From contig OZ024741.1 in the NCBI GenBank assembly GCA_964016885.1, positions 24,242,001 to 24,306,000 of the forward strand: a DNA stretch of 64,000 nt, read 5' to 3'. The notes under the pieces are model-generated. The model was not told the origin of the DNA. It searched no databases and saw nothing but the letters and a program-made list of their open reading frames with translations. Position numbers and translations under genes: made by a program. The first letter of the stretch is position 1. Each line of letters opens with the position of its first letter. This document shows, in pieces, positions 26,751 to 42,600 of this stretch. The stretch comes from Eledone cirrhosa (taxonomy: Eukaryota).

Positions 26751-29700
26751 CATATGTAGTAAAAGACTGTGCTTCAGCTGTCACCTAAACCTAATCCAGT
26801 ACATCTATAGTAAAAGACTGTGCTTCAGCCATGACCTAACCCTAATCCAGTACATATATAGTAAAAGACTGTGCTTCAGCTGTGACCTAACTCTAATCCA
26901 GTACATATATAGTAAAAGACTGTGCTTCAGCCATGACCTAACCCTAATCCAGTACATATATAGTAAAAGACTGTGCTTCAGCTGTCACCTAACTCTAATC
27001 CAGTACATATATAGTAAAAGACTGTGCTTCAGCTGTGACCTAACTCTAATCCAGTACATATATAGTAAAAGACTGTGCTTCAGCTGTCACCTAAACCTAA
27101 TCCAGTACATCTATAGTAAAAGACTGTGCTTCAGCCATGACCTAACCCTAATCCAGTACATATATAGTAAAAGAGTGTGCTTCAGCTGTCACCTAACTCT
27201 AATCCAGTACATATATAGTAAAAGACTGTGCTTCAGCTGTCACCTAACCCTAATGCAGTACATATATAGTAAAAGACTGTGCTGCAGCCATGACCTAACC
27301 CTAATCCAGTACATATATAGTAAAAGACTGTGCTTCAGCTGTCACCTAACTCTAATCCAGTACATATATAGTAAAAGACTGTGCTTCAGCTGTCACCTAA
27401 CCCTAATGCAGTACATATATAGTAAAAGACTGTGCTGCAGCCATGACCTAATCCTAATCCAGTACATATATAGTAAAAGACTGTGCTTCAGCAATGACCT
27501 AACCCTAATCCAGTACATATATAGTAAAAGACTGTGCGGCAGCCATGACCTAACCATAATCCAGTACATATATAGTAAAAGACTGTGCTTCAGCCATGAC
27601 CTAACCATAATCCAGTACATATATAGTAAAAGACTGTGCTTCAGCCATGACCTAACCCTAATCCAGTACATATATAGTAAAAGACTGTGCTTCAGCCATG
27701 ACCTAACCATAATCCAGTACATATATAGTAAAAGACTGTGCTGCAGCCATGACCTAACCCTAATCCAGTACATATATAGTAAAAGACTGTGCTGCAGCCA
27801 TGACCTAACCCTAATCCAGTACATATATAGTAAAAGACTGTGCTTCAGCTGTCACCTAACTCTAATCCAGTACATATATAGTAAAAGACTGTGCTGCAGC
27901 CATGACCTAACCCTAATCCAGTACATATATAGTAAAAGACTGTGCTTCAGCCATGACCTAACCATAATCCAGTACATATATAGTAAAAGACTGTGCTTCA
28001 GCCATGACCTAACCATAATCCAGTACATATATAGTAAAAGACTGTGCTTCAGCCATGACCTAACCATAATCCAGTACATATATAGTAAAAGACTATGCTT
28101 CAGCCATGACCTAACCATAATCCAGTACATATATAGTAAAAGACTGTGCTTCAGCCATGACCTAACCCTAATCCAGTACATATATAGTAAAAGACTGTCC
28201 TTCAGCTGTCACCTAACCTTAATCCAGTACATATATAGTAAAAGACTGTGCTTCAGCCATGACCTAACCCTAATCCAGTACATATATAGTAAAAGACTGT
28301 GCTTCAGCCATGACCTAACCATAATCCAGTACATATATAGTAAAAGACTGTGCTTCAGCCATGACCTAACCATAATCCAGTACATATATAGTAAAAGACT
28401 GTGCTTCAGCCATGACCTAACCATAATCCAGTACATATATAGTAAAAGACTGTGCTTCAGCCATGACCTAACCCTAATCCAGTACATATATAGTAAAAGA
28501 CTGTCCTTCAGCTGTCACCTAACCTTAATCCAGTACATATATAGTAAAAGACTGTGCTTCAGCCATGACCTAACCCTAATCCAGTACATATATAGTAAAA
28601 GACTGTGCTTCAGCCATGACCTAACCCTAATCCAGTACATATATAGTAAAAGACTGTGCTTCAGCCATGACCTAACCCTAATCCAGTACATATATAGTAA
28701 AAGACTGTGCTTCAGCCATGACCTAACCATAATCCAGTACATATATAGTAAAAGACTGTGCTTCAGCCATGACCTAACCATAATCCAGTACATATATAGT
28801 AAAAGACTGTGCTTCAGCCATGACCTAACCATAATCCAGTACATATATAGTAAAAGACTGTGCTTCAGCCATGACCTAACCATAATCCAGTACATATATA
28901 GTAAAAGACTATGCTTCAGCCATGACCTAACCATAATCCAGTACATATATAGTAAAAGACTGTGCTTCAGCCATGACCTAACCCTAATCCAGTACATATA
29001 TAGTAAAAGACTGTCCTTCAGCTGTCACCTAACCTTAATCCAGTACATATATAGTAAAAGACTGTGCTTCAGCCATGAGCTAACCCTAATCCAGTACATA
29101 TATAGTAAAAGACTGTGCTTCAGCCATGACCTAACCATAATCCAGTACATATATAGTAAAAGACTGTGCTGCAGCCATGACCTAACCGTATTCCAGTACA
29201 TATATAGTAAAAGACTGTGCTTCAGCCATGACCTAACCATAATCCAGTACATATATAGTAAAAGACTGTGCTTCAGCCATGACCTAACCCTAATCCAGTA
29301 CATATATAGTAAAAGACTGTGCTTCAGCCATGACCTAACCATAATCCAGTACATATATAGTAAAAGACTGTGCTTCAGCCATGATCTAACCCTAATCCAG
29401 TACATATATAGTAAAAGACTGTGCTGCAGCCATGACCTAACCATAATCCAGTACATATATAGTAAAAGACTGTGCTTCAGCCATGACCTAACCATAATCC
29501 AGTACATATATAGTAAAAGACTGTGCTTCAGCCATGACCTAACCCTAATCCAGTACATATATAGTAAAAGACTGTGCTTCAGCCATGACCTAACCATAAT
29601 CCAGTACATATATAGTAAAAGACTGTGCTGCAGCCATGACCTAACCCTAATCCAGTACATATATAGTAAAAGACTGTGCTGCAGCCATGACCTAACCCTA

Positions 29701-32700
29701 ATCCAGTACATATATAGTAAAAGACTGTGCTTCAGCTGTGAACTAACTCTAATCCAGTACATATATAGTAAAAGACTGTGCTTCAGCCATGACCTAACCA
29801 TAATCCAGTACATATATAGTAAAAGACTGTGCTTCAGCCATGACCTAACCATAATCCAGTACATATATAGTAAAAGACTATGCTTCAGCCATGACCTAAC
29901 CATAATCCAGTACATATATAGTAAAAGACTGTGCTTCAGCCATGACCTAACCCTAATCCAGTACATATATAGTAAAAGACTGTCCTTCAGCTGTCACCTA
30001 ACCTTAATCCAGTACATATATAGTAAAAGACTGTGCTTCAGCCATGACCTAACCCTAATCCAGTACATATATAGTAAAAGACTGTGCTTCAGCCATGACC
30101 TAACCATAATCCAGTACATATATAGTAAAAGACTGTGCTGCAGCCATGACCTAACCCTAATCCAGTACATATATAGTAAAAGACTGTGCTTCAGCCATGA
30201 CCTAACCATAATCCAGTACATATATAGTAAAAGACTGTGCTTCAGCCATGACCTAACCCTAATCCAGTACATATATAGTAAAAGACTGTGCTTCAGCCAT
30301 GACCTAACCATAATCCAGTACATATATAGTAAAAGACTGTGCTTCAGCCATGATCTAACCCTAATCCAGTACATATATAGTAAAAGACTGTGCTTCAGCC
30401 ATGACCTAACCCTAATCCAGTACATATATAGTAAAAGACTGTGCTGCAGCCATGACCTAACCCTAATCCAGTACATATATAGTAAAAGACTGTGCTGCAG
30501 TCATGACCTAATCCTAATCCAGTACATATATAGTAAAAGACTGTGCTTCAGCTGTCACCTAACTCTAATCCAGTACATATATAGTAAAAGACCGTGCCTC
30601 AGCCATGACCTTACTCTAATCCAGTACATATATAGTAAAAGACTGTGCTTCAGCTGTCACCTAACTGTAATCCAGTACATATATAGTAAAAGACTGTGCT
30701 TCAGCTGTCACCTAACCCTAATCCAGTACATATATAGTAAAAGACTGTGCTTCAGCCATGACCTAACCCTAATCCAGTACATATATAGTAAAAGACTGTG
30801 CTTCAGCCATGACCTAACCCTAATCCAGTACATATATAGTAAAAGACTGTGCTTCAGCTGTCACCTAAACCTAATCTAGTACATATATAGTAAAAGACTG
30901 TGCTTCAGCCATGACCTAACCTTAATCCAGTACATATATAGTAAAAGACTGTGCTTCAGCCATGACCTAACCCTAATCCAGTACATATATAGTAAAAGGC
31001 TGTGCTTCAGCCATGACCTAACCCTAATCCAGTACATATATAGTAAAAGACTGTGCTTCAGCTGTCACCTAAACCTAATCTAGTACATATATAGTAAAAG
31101 ACTGTGCTTCAGCCATGACCTAACCCTAATCCCGTACATATGTAGTAAAAGACTGTGCTTCAGCTGTCACCTAAACCTAATCCAGTACATCTATAGTAAA
31201 AGACTGTGCTTCAGCCATGACCTAACCCTAATCCAGTACATATATAGTAAAAGACTGTGCTTCAGCTGTGACCTAACTCTAATCCAGTACATATATAGTA
31301 AAAGACTGTGCTTCAGCCATGACCTAACCCTAATCCAGTACATATATAGTAAAAGACTGTGCTGCAGCCATGACCTAACCCTAATCCAGTACATATATAG
31401 TAAAAGACTGTGCTTCAGCCATGACCTAACCCTAATCCAGTACATATATAGTAAAAGACTGTGCTGCAGCCATGACCTAACCCTAATCCAGTACATATAT
31501 AGTAAAAGACTGTGCTTCAGCTGTGACCTAACTCTAATCCAGTACATATATAGTAAAAGACTGTGCTTCAGCCATGACCTAACCCTAATCCAGTACATAT
31601 ATAGTAAAAGACTGTGCTTCAGCTGTCACCTAACCCTAATGCAGTACATATATAGTAAAAGACTGTGCTTCAGCCATGACCTAACCCTAATCCAGTACAT
31701 ATATAGTAAAAGACTGTGCTTCAGCTGTCACCTAACTCTAATCCAGTACATATATAGTAAAAGACTGTGCTTCAGCTGTCACCTAACCCTAATGCAGTAC
31801 ATATATAGTAAAAGACTGTGCTGCAGCCATGACCTAATCCTAATCCAGTACATATATAGTAAAAGACTGTGCTTCAGCAATGACCTAACCCTAATCCAGT
31901 ACATATATAGTAAAAGACTGTGCTGCAGCCATGACCTAATCCTAATCCAGTACATATATAGTAAAAGACTGTGCTGCAGCCATGACCTAACCATAATCCA
32001 GTACATATATAGTAAAAGACTGTGCTTCAGCCATGACCTAACCATAATCCAGTACATATATAGTAAAAGACTGTGCTTCAGCCATGACCTAACCCTAATC
32101 CAGTACATATATAGTAAAAGACTGTGCTTCAGCCATGACCTAACCATAATCCAGTACATATATAGTAAAAGACTGTGCTGCAGCCATGACCTAACCCTAA
32201 TCCAGTACATATATAGTAAAAGACTGTGCTGCAGCCATGACCTAACCCTAATCCAGTACATATATAGTAAAAGACTGTGCTTCAGCTGTCACCTAATTCT
32301 AATCCAGTACATATATAGTAAAAGACTGTGCTGCAGCCATGACCTAACCCTAATCCAGTACATATATAGTAAAAGACTGTGCTTCAGCCATGACCTAACC
32401 ATAATCCAGTACATATATAGTAAAAGACTGTGCTTCAGCCATGACCTAACCATAATCCAGTACATATATAGTAAAAGACTGTGCTTCAGCCATGACCTAA
32501 CCATAATCCAGTACATATATAGTAAAAGACTGTGCTTCAGCCATGACCTAACCCTAATCCAGTACATATATAGTAAAAGACTGTGCTTCAGCTGTGACCT
32601 AACTCTAATCCAGTACATATATAGTAAAAGACTGTGCTTCAGCCATGACCTAACCATAATCCAGTACATATATAGTAAAAGACTGTGCTTCAGCCATGAC

Positions 32701-33600
32701 CTAACCATAATCCAGTACATATATAGTAAAAGACTGTGCTTCAGCCATGACCTAACCATAATCCAGTACATATATAGTAAAAGACTGTGCTTCAGCCATG
32801 ACCTAACCCTAATCCAGTACATATATAGTAAAAGACTGTGCTTCAGCCATGACCTAACCATAATCCAGTACATATATAGTAAAAGACTGTGCTGCAGCCA
32901 TGACCTAACCCTAATCCAGTACATATATAGTAAAAGACTGTGCTTCAGCCATGACCTAACCATAATCCAGTACATATATAGTAAAAGACTGTGCTTCAGC
33001 CATGACCTAACCCTAATCCAGTACATATATAGTAAAAGACTGTGCTTCAGCCATGACCTAACCATAATCCAGTACATATATAGTAAAAGACTGTGCTTCA
33101 GCCATGACCTAACCCTAATCCAGTACATATATAGTAAAAGACTGTGCTTCAGCCATGACCTAACCCTAATCCAGTACATATATAGTAAAAGACTGTGCTG
33201 CAGCCATGACCTAACCCTAATCCAGTACATATATAGTAAAAGACTGTGCTGCAGCCATGACCTAACCCTAATCCAGTACATATATAGTAAAAGACTGTGC
33301 TTCAGCTGTCACCTAACTCTAATCCAGTACATATATAGTAAAAGACTGTGCTTCAGCCATGACCTAACCCTAATCCAGTACATATATAGTAAAAGACTGT
33401 GCTGCAGCCATGACCTAACCCTAATCCAGTACATATATAGTAAAAGACTGTGCTGCAGCTGTGACCTAACCCTAATCCAGTACATATATAGTAAAAGACC
33501 GTGCTGCAGCCATGACCTAACCCTAATCCAGTACATATATAGTAAAAGACTGTGCTGCAGCCATGACCTAACCATAATCCAGTACATATATAGTAAAAGA
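19300..33600. repeat. Domain II: type-B-rich (CAGCCATGACC) sub-array with AACCATA variants, built from 3974/4386-bp units
   Basis: Long runs of B monomers, reflected in the cluster of minus-strand ORFs (type A carries a minus-strand TGA, type B does not). The marker AAAGGCTG recurs at about 22638, 26612 and 30998, with one extra copy near 22842. Confidence 0.85.
25350..32500. repeat. Imperfect duplication, offset 4386 bp (86 x 51)
   Basis: ORF pairs 25608/29994 and 27393/31779, AAAGGC 26612/30998, GCAATGAC 27492/31878. Confidence 0.85.
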
Positions 33601-36600
33601 CTGTGCTTCAGCTGTCACCTAACCCTAATCCAGTACATATATAGTAAAAGACTGTGCTGCAGCCATGACCTAACCCTAATCCAGTACATATATAGTAAAA
33701 GACTGTGCTTCAGCTGTCACCTAACCCCAATCCAGTACATATATAGTAAAAGACTGTGCTTCAGTTGTCACCTAACTCTAATCCAGTACATATATAGTAA
33801 AAGACTGTGCTTCAGCTGTCACCTAACCCTAATCCAGTACATATATAGTAAAAGACTGTGCTTCAGCTGTCACCTATACCCTAATCCAGTACATATATAG
33901 TAAAAGACTGTGCTTCAGCTGTCACCTAACCCTAATCCAGTACATATATAGTAAAAGACTGTGCTTCAGCCATGACCTAACCCTAATCCAGTACATATAT
34001 AGTAAAAGACTGTGCTTCAGCTGTCACCTAACTCTAATCCAGTACATATATAGTAAAAGACTGTGCTGCAGCCATGACCTAACCCTAATCCAGTACATAT
34101 ATAGTAAAAGACTGTGCTTCAGCTGTCACCTAACTCTAATCCAGTACATATATAGTAAAAGACTGTGCTGCAGCCATGACCTAACCCTAATCCAGTACAT
34201 ATATAGTAAAAGACTGTGCTTCAGCTGTCACCTAACTCTAATCCAGTACATATATAGTAAAAGACTGTGCTTCAGCTGTCACCTAACTCTTATCCAGTAC
34301 ATATATAGTAAAAGACTGTGCTGCAGCCATGAGCTAACCCTAATCCAGTACATATATAGTAAAAGACTGTGCTTCAGCTGTCACCTAACCCTAATCCAGT
34401 ACATATATAGTAAAAGACTGTGCTTCAGCTGTCACCTAACTCTAATCCAGTACATATATAGTAAAAGACTGTGCTGCAGCCATAACCTAACCCTAATCCA
34501 GTACATATATAGTAAAAGACTGTGCTTCAGCTGTCACCTTAACCTAATCCAGTACATCTATAGTAAAAGACTGTGCTTCAGCCATGACCTAACCCTAATC
34601 CAGTACATATATAGTAAAAGACTGTGCTTCAGCTGTCACCTAACTCTAATCCAGTACATATATAGTAAAAGACTGCGCTTCAGCTGTCACCTAACTCTAA
34701 TCCAGTACATATATAGTAAAAGACTGTGCTTCAGCTGTCACCTAACTCTAATCCAGTACATATATAGTAAAAGACTGTGCTTCAGCTGTCACCTAACTCT
34801 AATCCAGTACATATATAGTAAAAGACTGTGCTGCAGCCATGACCTAACCCTAATCCAGTACATATATAGTAAAAGACTGTGCTTCAGCCATGACCTAACC
34901 ATAATCCAGTACATATATAGTAAAAGACTGTGCTTCAGCCATGACCTAACCCTAATCCAGTATATATATAGTAAAAGACTGTGCTTCAGCCATGACCTAA
35001 CCATAATCCAGTACATATATAGTAAAAGACTGTGCTTCAGCCATGACCTAACCCTAATCCAGTACATATATAGTAAAAGACTGTGCTTCAGCCATGACCT
35101 AACCCTAATCCAGTACATATATAGTAAAAGACTGTGCTGCAGCCATGACCTAACCCTAATCCAGTACATATATAGTAAAAGACTGTGCTGCAGCCATGAC
35201 CTAACCCTAATCCAGTACATATATAGTAAAAGACTGTGCTTCAGCTGTCACCTAACTCTAATCCAGTACATATATAGTAAAAGACTGTGCTTCAGCCATG
35301 ACCTAACCCTAATCCAGTACATATATAGTAAAAGACTGTGCTGCAGCCATGACCTAACCCTAATCCAGTACATATATAGTAAAAGACTGTGCTGCAGCTG
35401 TGACCTAACCCTAATCCAGTACATATATAGTAAAAGACCGTGCTGCAGCCATGACCTAACCCTAATCCAGTACATATATAGTAAAAGACTGTGCTGCAGC
35501 CATGACCTAACCATAATCCAGTACATATATAGTAAAAGACTGTGCTTCAGCTGTCACCTAACCCTAATCCAGTACATATATAGTAAAAGACTGTGCTGCA
35601 GCCATGACCTAACCCTAATCCAGTACATATATAGTAAAAGACTGTGCTTCAGCTGTCACCTAACCCCAATCCAGTACATATATAGTAAAAGACTGTGCTT
35701 CAGCTGTCACCTAACTCTAATCCAGTACATATATAGTAAAAGACTGTGCTTCAGCTGTCACCTAACCCTAATCCAGTACATATATAGTAAAAGACTGTGC
35801 TTCAGCTGTCACCTATACCCTAATCCAGTACATATATAGTAAAAGACTGTGCTTCAGCTGTCACCTAACCCTAATCCAGTACATATATAGTAAAAGACTG
35901 TGCTTCAGCCATGACCTAACCCTAATCCAGTACATATATAGTAAAAGACTGTGCTTCAGCTGTCACCTAACTCTAATCCAGTACATATATAGTAAAAGAC
36001 TGTGCTGCAGCCATGACCTAACCCTAATCCAGTACATATATAGTAAAAGACTGTGCTTCAGCTGTCACCTAACTCTAATCCAGTACATATATAGTAAAAG
36101 ACTGTGGTGCAGCCATGACCTAACCCTAATCCAGTACATATATAGTAAAAGACTGTGCTTCAGCTGTCACCTAACTCTAATCCAGTACATATATAGTAAA
36201 AGACTGTGCTTCAGCTGTCACCTAACTCTTATCCAGTACATATATAGTAAAAGACTGTGCTGCAGCCATGACCTAACCCTAATCCAGTACATATATAGTA
36301 AAAGACTGTGCTTCAGCTGTCACCTAACCCTAATCCAGTACATATATAGTAAAAGACTGTGCTTCAGCTGTCACCTAACTCTAATCCAGTACATATATAG
36401 TAAAAGACTGTGCTGCAGCCATGACCTAACCCTAATCCAGTACATATATAGTAAAAGACTGTGCTTCAGCTGTCACCTTAACCTAATCCAGTACATCTAT
36501 AGTAAAAGACTGTGCTTCAGCCATGACCTAACCCTAATCCAGTACATATATAGTAAAAGACTGTGCTTCAGCTGTCACCTAACTCTAATCCAGTACATAT
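32880..36600. repeat. Tandem duplication, offset 1939 bp (38 x 51 + 1)
   Basis: ORF pair 33309/35248. Shared 1-bp insertion CACCTATACCC (about 33876/35815), AACCCCAAT and CCTTAACC variants. Confidence 0.9.
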
Positions 36601-39600
36601 ATAGTAAAAGACTGTGCTGCAGCCATGACCTAACCCTAATCCAGTACATATATAGTAAAAGACTGTGCTTCAGCTGTCACCTAACTCTAATCCAGTAAAT
36701 ATATAGTAAAAGACTGTGCTTCAGCTGTCACCTAACTCTAATCCAGTACATATATAGTAAAAGACTGTGCTTCAGCTGTCACCTAACTCTAATCCAGTAC
36801 ATATATAGTAAAAGACTGTGCTGCAGCCATGACCTAACCCTAATCCAGTACATATATAGTAAAAGACTGTGCTGCAGCCATGACCTAACCCTAATCCAGT
36901 ACATATATAGTAAAAACTGTGCTTCAGCTGTCACCTAACTCTAATCCAGTACATATATAGTAAAAGACTGTGCTTCAGCTGTCACCTAACTCTAATCCAG
37001 TACATATATAGTAAAAGACTGTGCTTCAGCTGTCACCTAACTCTAATCCAGTACATATATAGTAAAAGACTGTGCTGCAGCCATGACCTAACCCTAATCC
37101 AGTACATATATAGTAAAAGACTGTGCTTCAGCTGTCACCTAACTCTAATCCAGTACATATATAATAAAAGACTGTGCTTCAGCTGTCACCTAACTCTAAT
37201 CCAGTACATATATAGTAAAAGACTGTGCTTCAGCTGTCACCTAACTATAATCCAGTACATATATAGTAAAAGACTGTGCTTCAGCTGTGACCTAACCCTT
37301 ATCCAGTACATATATAGTAAAAGACTGTGCTGCAGCCATGACCTAACCCTAATCAGTACATATATAGTAAAAGACTGTGCTTCAGCTGTCACCTAACTCT
37401 AATCCAGTACATATATAGTAAAAGTCTGTGCTGCAGCCATGACCTAACCCTAATCCAGTACATATATAGTAAAAGACTGTGCTTCAGCTGTCACCTAAAC
37501 CTAATCCAGTACATCTATAGTAAAAGACTGTGCTTCAGCTGTCACCTAACTCTAATCCAGTACATATATAGTAAAAGACTGTGCTGCAGCCATGACCTAA
37601 CCCTAATCCAGTACATATATAGTAAAAGACTGTGCTTCAGCTGTCACCTAAACCTAATCCAGTACATCTATAGTAAAAGACTGTGCTTCAGCTGTCACCT
37701 AACCCTAATCCAGTACATATATAGTAAAAGACTGTGCTTCAGCCATGACCTAACCCTAATCCAGTACATATATAGTAAAAGACTGTGCTTCAGCTGTCAC
37801 CTAACTCTAATCCAGTACATATATAGTAAAAGACTGTGCTGCAGCCATGACCTAACCCTAATCCAGTACATATATAGTAAAAGACTGTGCTTCAGCTGTC
37901 ACCTAACTCTAATCCAGTACATATATAGTAAAAGACTGTGCTTCAGCTGTCACCTAACTCTAATCCAGTACATATATAGTAAAAGACTGTGCTGCAGCCA
38001 TGACCTAACCCTAATCCAGTACATATATAGTAAAAGACTGTGCTTCAGCTGTCACCTAACTCTAATCCAGTACATATATAGTAAAAGACTGTGCTTCAGC
38101 TGTCACCTAACTCTAATCCAGTACATATATAGTAAAAGACTGTGCTGCAGCCATGACCTAACCCTAATCCAGTACATATATAGTAAAAGACTGTGCTTCA
38201 GCTGTCACCTAACTCTAATCCAGTACATATATAGTAAAAGACTGTGCTTCAGCCATGACCTAACCATAATCCAGTACATATATAGTAAAAGACTGTGCTT
38301 CAGCTGTCACCTAACTCTAATCCAGTACATATATAGTAAAAGACTGTGCTGCAGCCATGACCTAACCCTAATCCAGTACATATATAGTAAAAGACTGTGC
38401 TTCAGCTGTCACCTAACTCTAATCCAGTACATATATAGTAAAAGACTGTGGTGCAGCCATGACCTAACCCTAATCCAGTACATATATAGTAAAAGACTGT
38501 GCTTCAGCTGTCACCTAACTCTAATCCAGTACATATATAGTAAAAGACTGTGCTTCAGCTGTCACCTAACTCTTATCCAGTACATATATAGTAAAAGACT
38601 GTGCTGCAGCCATGACCTAACCCTAATCCAGTACATATATAGTAAAAGACTGTGCTTCAGCTGTCACCTAACCCTAATCCAGTACATATATAGTAAAAGA
38701 CTGTGCTTCAGCTGTCACCTAACTCTAATCCAGTACATATATAGTAAAAGACTGTGCTGCAGCCATGACCTAACCCTAATCCAGTACATATATAGTAAAA
38801 GACTGTGCTTCAGCTGTCACCTTAACCTAATCCAGTACATCTATAGTAAAAGACTGTGCTTCAGCCATGACCTAACCCTAATCCAGTACATATATAGTAA
38901 AAGACTGTGCTTCAGCTGTCACCTAACTCTAATCCAGTACATATATAGTAAAAGACTGTGCTGCAGCCATGACCTAACCCTAATCCAGTACATATATAGT
39001 AAAAGACTGTGCTTCAGCTGTCACCTAACTCTAATCCAGTAAATATATAGTAAAAGACTGTGCTTCAGCTGTCACCTAACTCTAATCCAGTACATATATA
39101 GTAAAAGACTGTGCTTCAGCTGTCACCTAACTCTAATCCAGTACATATATAGTAAAAGACTGTGCTGCAGCCATGACCTAACCCTAATCCAGTACATATA
39201 TAGTAAAAGACTGTGCTGCAGCCATGACCTAACCCTAATCCAGTACATATATAGTAAAAACTGTGCTTCAGCTGTCACCTAACTCTAATCCAGTACATAT
39301 ATAGTAAAAGACTGTGCTTCAGCTGTCACCTAACTCTAATCCAGTACATATATAGTAAAAGACTGTGCTTCAGCTGTCACCTAACTCTAATCCAGTACAT
39401 ATATAGTAAAAGACTGTGCTGCAGCCATGACCTAACCCTAATCCAGTACATATATAGTAAAAGACTGTGCTTCAGCTGTCACCTAACTCTAATCCAGTAC
39501 ATATATAATAAAAGACTGTGCTTCAGCTGTCACCTAACTCTAATCCAGTACATATATAGTAAAAGACTGTGCTTCAGCTGTCACCTAACTCTAATCCAGT

Positions 39601-42600
39601 ACATATATAGTAAAAGACTGTGCTTCAGCTGTGACCTAACCCTTATCCAGTACATATATAGTAAAAGACTGTGCTGCAGCCATGACCTAACCCTAATCAG
39701 TACATATATAGTAAAAGACTGTGCTTCAGCTGTCACCTAACTCTAATCCAGTACATATATAGTAAAAGTCTGTGCTGCAGCCATGACCTAACCCTAATCC
39801 AGTACATATATAGTAAAAGACTGTGCTTCAGCTGTCACCTAAACCTAATCCAGTACATCTATAGTAAAAGACTGTGCTTCAGCTGTCACCTAACTCTAAT
39901 CCAGTACATATATAGTAAAAGACTGTGCTGCAGCCATGACCTAACCCTAATCCAGTACATATATAGTAAAAGACTGTGCTTCAGCTGTCACCTAAACCTA
40001 ATCCAGTACATCTATAGTAAAAGACTGTGCTTCAGCTGTCACCTAACCCTAATCCAGTACATATATAGTAAAAGACTGTGCATCAGCCATGACCTAACCC
40101 TAATCCAGTACATATATAGTAAAAGACTGTGCTTCAGCTGTCACCTAACTCTAATCCAGTACATATATAGTAAAAGACTGTGCTGCAGCCATGACCTAAC
40201 CCTAATCCAGTACATATATAGTAAAAGACTGTGCTTCAGCTGTCACCTAACTCTAATCCAGTACATATATAGTAAAAGACTGTGCTTCAGCTGTCACCTA
40301 ACTCTAATCCAGTACATATATAGTAAAAGACTGTGCTGCAGCCATGACCTAACCCTAATCCAGTACATATATAGTAAAAGACTGTGCTTCAGCTGTCACC
40401 TAACTCTAATCCAGTACATATATAGTAAAAGACTGTGCTTCAGCTGTCACCTAACTCTAATCCAGTACATATATAGTAAAAGACTGTGCTGCAGCCATGA
40501 CCTAACCCTAATCCAGTACATATATAGTAAAAGACTGTGCTTCAGCTGTCACCTAACTCTAATCCAGTACATATATAGTAAAAGACTGTGCTTCAGCCAT
40601 GACCTAACCATAATCCAGTACATATATAGTAAAAGACTGTGCTGCAGCCATGACCTAACCCTAATCCAGTACATATATAGTAAAAGACTGTGCTTCAGCT
40701 GTCACCTAACCCTAATCCAGTACATATATAGTAAAAGACTGTGCTTCAGCTGTCACCTAACTCTAATCCAGTACATATATAGTAAAAGACTGTGCTGCAG
40801 CCATGACCTAACCCTAATCCAGTACATATATAGTAAAAGACTGTGCTTCAGCTGTCACCTAAACCTAATCCAGTACATCTATAGTAAAAGACTGTGCTTC
40901 AGCCATGACCTAACCATAATCCAGTACATATATAGTAAAAGACTATGCTTCAGCCATGACCTAACCATAATCCAGTACATATATAGTAAAAGACTGTGCT
41001 TCAGCCATGACCTAACCCTAATCCAGTACATATATAGTAAAAGACTGTGCTTCAGCTGTCACCTAACTCTAATCCAGTACATATATAGTAAAAGACTGTG
41101 CTGCAGCCATGACCTAACCCTAATCCAGTACATATATAGTAAAAGACTGTGCTTCAGCTGTCACCTAACTCTAATCCAGTACATATATAATAAAAGACTG
41201 TGCTTCAGCTGTCACCTAACTCTAATCCAGTACATATATAGTAAAAGACTGTGCTTCAGCTGTCACCTAACTCTAATCCAGTACATATATAGTAAAAGAC
41301 TGTGCTTCAGCTGTGACCTAACCCTTATCCAGTACATATATAGTAAAAGACTGTGCTGCAGCCATGACCTAACCCTAATCCAGTACATATATAGTAAAAG
41401 ACTGTGCTTCAGCTGTCACCTAACTCTAATCCAGTACATATATAGTAAAAGTCTGTGCTGCAGCCATGACCTAACCCTAATCCAGTACATATATAGTAAA
41501 AGACTGTGCTTCAGCTGTCACCTAAACCTAATCCAGTACATCTATAGTAAAAGACTGTGCTTCAGCTGTCACCTAACTCTAATCCAGTACATATATAGTA
41601 AAAGACTGTGCTGCAGCCATGACCTAACCCTAATCCAGTACATATATAGTAAAAGACTGTGCTTCAGCTGTCACCTAAACCTAATCCAGTACATCTATAG
41701 TAAAAGACTGTGCTTCAGCTGTCACCTAACCCTAATCCAGTACATATATAGTAAAAGACTGTGCTTCAGCCATGACCTAACCCTAATCCAGTACATATAT
41801 AGTAAAAGACTGTGCTTCAGCTGTCACCTAACTCTAATCCAGTACATATATAGTAAAAGACTGTGCTGCAGCCATGACCTAACCCTAATCCAGTACATAT
41901 ATAGTAAAAGACTGTGCTTCAGCTGTCACCTAACTCTAATCCAGTACATATATAGTAAAAGACTGTGCTTCAGCTGTCACCTAACTCTAATCCAGTACAT
42001 ATATAGTAAAAGACTGTGCTGCAGCCATGACCTAACCCTAATCCAGTACATATATAGTAAAAGACTGTGCTTCAGCTGTCACCTAACTCTAATCCAGTAC
42101 ATATATAGTAAAAGACTGTGCTTCAGCTGTCACCTAACTCTAATCCAGTACATATATAGTAAAAGACTGTGCTGCAGCCATGACCTAACCCTAATCCAGT
42201 ACATATATAGTAAAAGACTGTGCTTCAGCTGTCACCTAACTCTAATCCAGTACATATATAGTAAAAGACTGTGCTTCAGCCATGACCTAACCATAATCCA
42301 GTACATATATAGTAAAAGACTGTGCTGCAGCCATGACCTAACCCTAATCCAGTACATATATAGTAAAAGACTGTGCTTCAGCTGTCACCTAACCCTAATC
42401 CAGTACATATATAGTAAAAGACTGTGCTTCAGCTGTCACCTAACTCTAATCCAGTACATATATAGTAAAAGACTGTGCTGCAGCCATGACCTAACCCTAA
42501 TCCAGTACATATATAGTAAAAGACTTTGCTTCAGCTGTCACCTAAACCTAATCCAGTACATCTATAGTAAAAGACTGTGCTTCAGCCATGACCTAACCAT

